Made by a program: the position numbers and the translations under genes
In this document: positions 57,015 through 64,000 of the stretch, piece after piece
How the letters are laid out: the number at the start of each line of letters is the position of its first letter
Numbering within the stretch: position 1 is the stretch's first letter
Notes under the pieces: model-generated
Told to the model about the DNA's origin: nothing
Database searches by the model: none
Seen by the model: the letters and a program-made list of their open reading frames with translations, nothing else
DNA from: an uncultured Gammaproteobacteria bacterium
GTDB lineage: Bacteria; Pseudomonadota; Gammaproteobacteria; DRLM01
Reading direction: 5' to 3'
NCBI GenBank assembly: GCA_963729605.1
Contig: CAVSNY010000003.1
Coordinates: 418,018-482,017 of the forward strand
Length of the DNA: 64,000 nucleotides

Positions 57015-59522
57015 TCACCGCCCCGATTTATTCGCCGGTTTGGCCCGCGCCGTGGGTGGTGCTTGCAGCGGGTCGTCGGGCCAGGCGTGTTTGGGGTAGC
57101 GGCCTTTCAAATCTTTTTTGACGTCGTGATAACCGCGCGCCCAAAAACCGGCCAAGTCCTGCGTCACTTGCACCGGGCGACGCGCCGGCGATAAGAGGTG
57201 CAACAACACGGCGACCTTGCCGTTGGCGAGACGCGGCGTGTCGCGCGCGCCGAACATTTCTTGCAGGCGCACCGCCAGTACCGGCGGATCATTGTCGTAA
57301 TCAATAGCGATGCGCGAGCCGCTGGGCACGGTCAGATGGGTCGGCGCCCATTCGTCGAGTGTTCGTCGCTGTTCCCAAGTCAACAGGCCGGTGAGCGCCG
57401 CGTGCAAATCGACGTTGGCCAGATGGGCGCGGCGCGAGCAGCGGGCAAGATACGGCGCGAGCCAGTCTTCGAGGGTCGCGAGCAAGGCCGTGTCACTCAC
57501 GTCCGGCCACGCGTCGCCATCGAACCGCCGCAAAAACAACACCCGCTGCCGCCAGCTTTGCATGGCGCCGTTCCACGGCAGGCAGTCGATGCCCATTTGA
57601 CGGATGCCTTGCAACAGCGCGGCGGTGACGGCGGCGGAATCGGCCTCGGGCAGCGGCGCGTCGTCCAAAATCAATTCACTCAAGCGACGTTGACGGCGCG
57701 CCTGCACCGCCTGCGCGCGGCCGTCCCATTCCACGAAGTCGCGGGTCGCGATCAACTCGCCGCAGTGGGTTTCCAAATCCGCCAATGACACGGCGGCGGC
57801 GAGAAAGATGCGCGTCTCGCGCGCGGCGCCGTCGAGTTGCGCCGCCACCAGATAGGGTTCGCCGCTCAGAGTTTCATGTTCGGCGAAATACGCGCCGCGA
57901 CCGTTGGCGAGACGGTAACGCGGTTCGCCGCCGGGCCGGCGCTGGGCGATGCGATCGGGATAGGCGAAGGCCAGCAATAAACCGGCGCGCTCGATGGGCA
58001 CGGCCGCAGCGGTTTCCGGCAAACTCAATTGCCGCAGGCAAATTTGCGCGGTTTTTCGCAGTTGCGCGCAGGCGTGGCGATCCGCGTTCGCCGCCATGTC
58101 GCCGCCTTGCAGGGCGTCCAGCCGCAAACGTAAATCGGCCTCGCTCACGCCTTTCAGCACGTCGCGTTCACCGAGCAAGGCCGCCACCGTGCAAGCCAGA
58201 TTACCCAGCCCGAGCGTCTTGCCTTTGATCACCATGTGCGCGAGACGCGGATGCATGGCCAGCCGCGCGATATCGCGGCCGTGCGCGGTCAGCCCGCCTT
58301 GCGCATCCACCGCGCCGAGCTGCCGCAACAGGTCTTGCGCCTGCGCGTAAGCGGCGGCGGGCGGAATGTCGAGCCAGGCGAGCGCGGCGGGATCGTGCAC
58401 ACCCCACTGGGCGAGGTCGAGCGCCAGTGGCGCCAAGTCGGCGTCGAGCATTTCGGGACGGGTGAATTCGGCGAGGCCTTTTTGCTCGTTCTCGCCCCAC
58501 AGCCGGTAACACACGCCGGGCGAGGTGCGGCCGGCGCGGCCGCGGCGCTGTTCGGCGGAGGCCTGCGAGACCCGCGCGGTGGCGAGGCGGGTCATGCCGC
58601 TGTTGGGATCGAACCGCGGCAGCCGCGCCCAGCCGCTGTCGATGACCACCCGCACGCCTTCGATGGTGAGACTGGTTTCGGCGATGCCGGTGGCCAGCAC
58701 GATTTTGCGGCGGCCCGCCGGCGCGGGACGGATGGCCTGCTCTTGCGCGGCCTGCGGCAGATCGCCGTAGAGCGGCGCGATCATCACCGGTTCCGTCCAA
58801 CTGTTTTCATTCAGCAAACGCTCGACGCGTTTGATCTCGCCCACGCCCGGCAGGAACACCAGCACACTGCCTTCTTCCTCCGCCACCGCGCGCCGCACGG
58901 CGGCGGCGACATGCTGCAGCGCGACGCCTGCTTGAGCGCGGCGCGGTTCGGGCGGCAGATAACGGGTATCCACCGGATGACTGCGGCCGACACTGCTGAC
59001 GATGGGCGCGTCGCCCAGCAATCGCGCCACCGGCGCGCCGTCCAAAGTCGCGGACATCACCAGCAGACGCAAATCATCGCGCAGCGCGCCCTGCGTCTCC
59101 AAACACAGCGCCAGGCCTAAATCGGCTTGCAGGCTGCGTTCGTGAAATTCATCGAAGATCACCACGCCTGTATTGGCCAGCGCGGGATCATCCTGCAACA
59201 AACGGGTGAGAACGCCTTCGGTGATCACTTCGATGCGGGTGCGCGGTCCGATCCGGCTGTCGAGGCGCACCCGATAACCGACCGTGCCGCCCACCGTCTC
59301 GCCCAATTGCGCGGCCATGTAATGCGCGGCGGCGCGCGCCGCCAGCCGCCGCGGTTCCAACATGAGTATGCGCCGGCCCGCCAGCCAGGACTGATCGAGC
59401 AAGGCCAAGGGCACGCGGGTGGTTTTACCGGCGCCGGGCGGCGCTTGCAGCACGGCGTTGCGGCCGTGGGCGAGCAGCGCCAGCAGGTCCGGTAACACTT
59501 CATCGACGGGCAGCGCGGTCAT
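57015..59522 (-). CDS. hrpB: ATP-dependent helicase HrpB
   Basis: APPGAGKTT, DEFHERS, MSAT, QRRGRAGR, GRYPKHAWPDDP. Confidence 0.96.
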   Translation of the reverse strand: MTALPVDEVLPDLLALLAHGRNAVLQAPPGAGKTTRVPLALLDQSWLAGRRILMLEPRRLAARAAAHYMAAQLGETVGGTVGYRVRLDSRIGPRTRIEVITEGVLTRLLQDDPALANTGVVIFDEFHERSLQADLGLALCLETQGALRDDLRLLVMSATLDGAPVARLLGDAPIVSSVGRSHPVDTRYLPPEPRRAQAGVALQHVAAAVRRAVAEEEGSVLVFLPGVGEIKRVERLLNENSWTEPVMIAPLYGDLPQAAQEQAIRPAPAGRRKIVLATGIAETSLTIEGVRVVIDSGWARLPRFDPNSGMTRLATARVSQASAEQRRGRAGRTSPGVCYRLWGENEQKGLAEFTRPEMLDADLAPLALDLAQWGVHDPAALAWLDIPPAAAYAQAQDLLRQLGAVDAQGGLTAHGRDIARLAMHPRLAHMVIKGKTLGLGNLACTVAALLGERDVLKGVSEADLRLRLDALQGGDMAANADRHACAQLRKTAQICLRQLSLPETAAAVPIERAGLLLAFAYPDRIAQRRPGGEPRYRLANGRGAYFAEHETLSGEPYLVAAQLDGAARETRIFLAAAVSLADLETHCGELIATRDFVEWDGRAQAVQARRQRRLSELILDDAPLPEADSAAVTAALLQGIRQMGIDCLPWNGAMQSWRQRVLFLRRFDGDAWPDVSDTALLATLEDWLAPYLARCSRRAHLANVDLHAALTGLLTWEQRRTLDEWAPTHLTVPSGSRIAIDYDNDPPVLAVRLQEMFGARDTPRLANGKVAVLLHLLSPARRPVQVTQDLAGFWARGYHDVKKDLKGRYPKHAWPDDPLQAPPTARAKPANKSGR

Positions 59523-59666
59523 GGCGCGGGAAACGCGCCGCGGCGCGTGCCTGAGCAATCATCGGGTAGCAGATAGGTCATCGCGGCGCATCACGCTCTA
59601 AGTTGAATGGCCTCCGGCAAAACCGGAGGCTTGTCTCCATCGTGCCGTCTATTCTCAAATTACTTT

Positions 59667-59860
59667 TCAGATAGGTTTTATCTTATCCCCTCTCCCCTGG
59701 CGGGAGAGGGGTTGGGGAGAGGGAGTCTCCAGCAAGGTCGCCTATGGGCCAGACGCCCCTGCCCTTCTCCCGACAGGAGAGGGATGTTCTAAATCATCTG
59801 ATGCGGCCAAACGTGCGAGGACTAAGTCTCTCTGCCGTCGGGAGAGGCATGTCTTAAATC
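59667..59860. repeat. REP/MITE-like palindromic element
   Basis: CCCTCTCCCCTGGCGGGAGAGGGGTTGGGGAGAGGG plus degenerate copies; related to 53238-53275. Confidence 0.65.
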
Positions 59861-59940
59861 AGATCTATTTTTTGATATTGGATCAAATAGCATGCATACC
59901 CGCGCGCCTATCTTGGCAATCGCCAACGCGACTCAGTTCA

Positions 59941-60741
59941 TCACGGCGCGGGCGGCGGGCGATTTTCTTCGTCCACCGGGTGGCGGGTCGCGCCGCTTTT
60001 GCGGCGGGCGCGGGTGCGCTGCAATTGCAGCAAGGTCATCACCGGGCCGGACAGGGCGTAGCCGAAGGCGATGAGGAACAAGACCTGCGGCGGATCGAGT
60101 GAGATCAGCACGAACACCAGCACCAGCAAGCCGACCGCGATGAAAGGCACTTTGCCGCGGATGTCGATGTCCTTGAAGCTGCGGTAACGGACGTTGCTCA
60201 CCATCAACAGGGCCACCGCCACGGTCATTATGGCGGCGAACACGCCGACCACCGACGAGTCGCGCCATTCGTAGTCATTGCCCAGCCAGATCAAACCGGC
60301 CACCGCCGCCGCCGCCGCGGGACTGGCCAGGCCTTGAAAATAACGCTTGTTGACCACGCCGTGCTGCACGTTGAAACGGGCCAGGCGCAGCGCGGCGCCG
60401 GCGGTATAGACGAAGGCGACCAGCCAACCGATTTTGCCGTAGCCCGCCAACACCCATTCATACATCACCAGCGCCGGCGCCAGACCGAAGGCCACCATGT
60501 CCGACAGGCTGTCGTATTCTTTGCCGAAATCGCTTTGGGTATTGGTCATGCGCGCGATACGGCCGTCCAACCCATCCATGATCATCGCGACGAAGATCGC
60601 TATCGCCGCCGCTTCGAAGCGGTCGTTGGTGGCGGCGACGATGGCATAAAATCCCGAGAACAAACCGGCGGTGGTGAACAGATTGGGCAGGAGATAAATC
60701 CCCCGCCGGCGTTTGGGTTTGTCGTGATTTTGTTCCGTCAT
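59941..60741 (-). CDS. pssA: CDP-diacylglycerol-serine O-phosphatidyltransferase
   Basis: GIYLLPNLFT, DGLDGRIAR…FG..YDSLSD, LRLARFN. Confidence 0.95.
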   Translation of the reverse strand: MTEQNHDKPKRRRGIYLLPNLFTTAGLFSGFYAIVAATNDRFEAAAIAIFVAMIMDGLDGRIARMTNTQSDFGKEYDSLSDMVAFGLAPALVMYEWVLAGYGKIGWLVAFVYTAGAALRLARFNVQHGVVNKRYFQGLASPAAAAAVAGLIWLGNDYEWRDSSVVGVFAAIMTVAVALLMVSNVRYRSFKDIDIRGKVPFIAVGLLVLVFVLISLDPPQVLFLIAFGYALSGPVMTLLQLQRTRARRKSGATRHPVDEENRPPPAP

Positions 60742-61442
60742 AAAGACTCCAGCAGCTCTTTGGACTCCGCGCTTCCCGCGCCGGCCTTGTGTACCAAGCT
60801 GGCAATGATATCCGAACCCGCTTGCACGGTCGCGCCGGCCGCCACTTTTACCCGGCTGACGGCGGGCAGATAGATTTCGGCCACCCCGCCGTAATACAAC
60901 AGGCCGCAACGCTGGCCCTGGCCGAGACGCTCGCCCGAGCGCGCCAAGCAAACGAAACGCGTCGAGAGCATGGCGCCGCGCAAGACCAACACGATCTCGT
61001 CATCTTCGTCGGTACGCACCCGCATGGCGTAGCGCGGCTGGGCCGGGCGATTATCGTCGGCGATAGCCGCCGCATCGGCCTTGGGTAAATCGCCGGCATT
61101 CAAACCCTGCGGCAAGGACCATTGCTGACAAACCTTGCCTTCGCTGGGGCTGCGGATGATATAGGGCCCCCACCACCGCATGCGGACGGTGATTTTGTAA
61201 GCGTCGCGATCGAGATAAAGATCGCGCGCCTCTTCCACGCGCAGCACCCGGCCGTCCACCGGACTCACCACACCCAAGGGAGCGGCCGGTATCTTGCGGG
61301 GCGGATCGCGGAAAAAAAACCATAATAACGCCGTCAACAGCAGCACCGGTCCCGCGCAAAACCAGCCGCACCACAGATAAGCGACCATCGCCGCCGCGAC
61401 CGCCGACAGGATGATCGGCCTGGCGTTACGGGCGAGGGACAT
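60738..61442 (-). CDS. Phosphatidylserine-decarboxylase-like protein lacking the canonical catalytic motifs
   Basis: FFRDPPR, SPVDGRV, GQRCG; YGG in place of the (F)GS self-cleavage motif; upstream of pssA. Confidence 0.8.
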   Translation of the reverse strand: MSLARNARPIILSAVAAAMVAYLWCGWFCAGPVLLLTALLWFFFRDPPRKIPAAPLGVVSPVDGRVLRVEEARDLYLDRDAYKITVRMRWWGPYIIRSPSEGKVCQQWSLPQGLNAGDLPKADAAAIADDNRPAQPRYAMRVRTDEDDEIVLVLRGAMLSTRFVCLARSGERLGQGQRCGLLYYGGVAEIYLPAVSRVKVAAGATVQAGSDIIASLVHKAGAGSAESKELLESL

Positions 61443-61563
61443 GAGTCGTGTCGGCTAAGACGTTCACTGAAAGAAGGCGCACTCCGGCCGGAAACACAAA
61501 CCCGCGGCTGGCCGACGGCTGCCGCGGGTTGCTTGGTTGATCATCCCTGAAACCACATGGCGA

Positions 61564-62592
<1,029 letters not shown>

Positions 62593-62675
62593 TCAACGAT
62601 TACTGAAAGCGATATGCCGCGGGAACAACCCCGCGGCGGTTAACACAAGTATAGTGAGTCCTGAGGCCGGCACAT

Positions 62676-63167
62676 TCACAGATGCAGGCTTTTTTCACCG
62701 CGGGCGATGCCGGAGACTCCGGAACGCACGACTTCCAGAATCGTGTTCCCTTCCAGCGCCTCGATGAAGGCGTCCAACTTGTCGCCGGTGCCGGTCAGTT
62801 CGATGACGTAGGTGGTGGTGGTCACGTCGATGATGCGGCCACGGAAGATATCGGCCAGGCGTTTGAGTTCATTGCGGGCCTCGCCGTCGGTCTGCACCTT
62901 GACCAGCAGCATTTCCCGCTCGATGTGCGGACCTTCGGTGAGATCGACCAGCTTCACCACGTCCACCAGTTTGTTGAGCTGCTTGGTGATCTGCTCGATG
63001 ACTTCGTCGGAACCGGCGGTGACCAGGGTCATGCGCGACAGCGAGGGATCTTCGGTGGGCGCCACGGTGAGCGACTGGATGTTGTAGCCGCGCGCCGAGA
63101 ACAGACCGGCGACCCGGCTCAAGGCGCCGGCCTCGTTTTCCATCAGGATAGAGATAATATGCCGCAT
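62676..63167 (-). CDS. ilvH: Acetolactate synthase small subunit
   Basis: ENEAGALSRVAGLFSARGYNI ACT domain. Confidence 0.97.
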   Translation of the reverse strand: MRHIISILMENEAGALSRVAGLFSARGYNIQSLTVAPTEDPSLSRMTLVTAGSDEVIEQITKQLNKLVDVVKLVDLTEGPHIEREMLLVKVQTDGEARNELKRLADIFRGRIIDVTTTTYVIELTGTGDKLDAFIEALEGNTILEVVRSGVSGIARGEKSLHL

Positions 63168-63172
63168 CGTGC

Positions 63173-64000
63173 TTACACCAGAATCATTTCATTAAGCCCG
63201 GCCCCGTGCGGGATCATGGGATAGACGTTTTCGTTTTGGTCGGTGATGAAATCCATGAACACCAGGCGGTCCTTGAGGGCCATCGCCTCCTTCAATGCGC
63301 CTTCCACGTCGGCGGGTTTATCGATGAGCATGCCGACATGGCCGTAGGCTTCGGCCAGTTTCACGAAGTCCGGCAAGGAGTCCATGTAGGACATGGCGTA
63401 GCGGCCCTGGTAGAAGAACTCCTGCCACTGCCGCACCATGCCCAAATACCGGTTGTTCAGATTGATGACCTTGATCGGCAGTTGATATTGCAGGCAGGTC
63501 GACAACTCCTGGATGCACATCTGAATGCTGCCCTCGCCGGTGACGCAGGCCACCGTTGCATCCGGATGCGCGAACTGCACGCCCATCGCGGCGGGTAAAC
63601 CGAAACCCATGGTGCCGAGGCCGCCGGAGTTGATCCAGCGCCGCGGCTTGTCGAACTTGTAATATTGCGCGGCCCACATCTGGTGCTGACCGACGTCGGA
63701 GGTGACGAAGGCTTCGCCTTTGGTCACTTCGTAGAGTTTTTCCAGCACGTATTGCGGTTTGATGATCTCGCTGGTGCGGTCGAACTTCAGGCAGTCCATG
63801 CCGCGCCATTCCTGGATCTGCCGCCACCACGCCGCCAGGGCGTCCTGGTCGGGCTTGCGTTCACCGGCTTTGATGAGACGGATCATATCGGCCAACACGC
63901 TGCCGACCGCGCCGACGATGGGTACGTCCACCTTGACGTTTTTCGAAATGGAGGCGGGATCGATATCGACGTGGACGATTTCGGCGGTCGGACAGAACTT
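63173..64000 (-). CDS. ilvI: Acetolactate synthase large subunit (5'-partial)
   Basis: [26 protein letters not shown] motif, LGMVRQWQ. Confidence 0.96.
   Translation of the reverse strand, partial: KFCPTAEIVHVDIDPASISKNVKVDVPIVGAVGSVLADMIRLIKAGERKPDQDALAAWWRQIQEWRGMDCLKFDRTSEIIKPQYVLEKLYEVTKGEAFVTSDVGQHQMWAAQYYKFDKPRRWINSGGLGTMGFGLPAAMGVQFAHPDATVACVTGEGSIQMCIQELSTCLQYQLPIKVINLNNRYLGMVRQWQEFFYQGRYAMSYMDSLPDFVKLAEAYGHVGMLIDKPADVEGALKEAMALKDRLVFMDFITDQNENVYPMIPHGAGLNEMILV

Overview
GC-rich gammaproteobacterial chromosome segment. Housekeeping blocks lie at both ends: biotinyl-carboxylase C-terminus, maf, alr, dnaB, rplI, rpsR and rpsF on the left; metR/metE, hrpB, pssA and ilvIHC on the right. 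Between them is a ~32 kb metal-homeostasis region (10.1-42.6 kb). It holds a CzcCBA-type heavy-metal RND pump headed by a His-rich ORF ending in the ribosome-arrest motif RAPP, a cioAB-type bd oxidase, four TonB-dependent receptors, a DUF3526-type ABC-2 system, a dedicated TonB-ExbBD, a NikA/DppA-family ABC importer, a 90-aa (HX)n poly-His peptide and a small CxCxC peptide. Four promoters of the uptake region share a 6-N15-6 palindrome resembling NikR operators, which suggests a nickel-scavenging regulon (inference). Next to it, B12-independent nrdAB is preceded by a cobalamin riboswitch whose 5' hairpin coincides with an NrdR box, and sits beside B12-independent metE. Features absent from the ORF track include a 58-aa lipoprotein ending in WDxxxWDxxxWQ paired with a secreted protein, an inverted DnaA-box pair, a probable frameshift in one permease, and several palindromic REP/MITE-like elements. 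All calls come from reading the sequence; no database searches were run.
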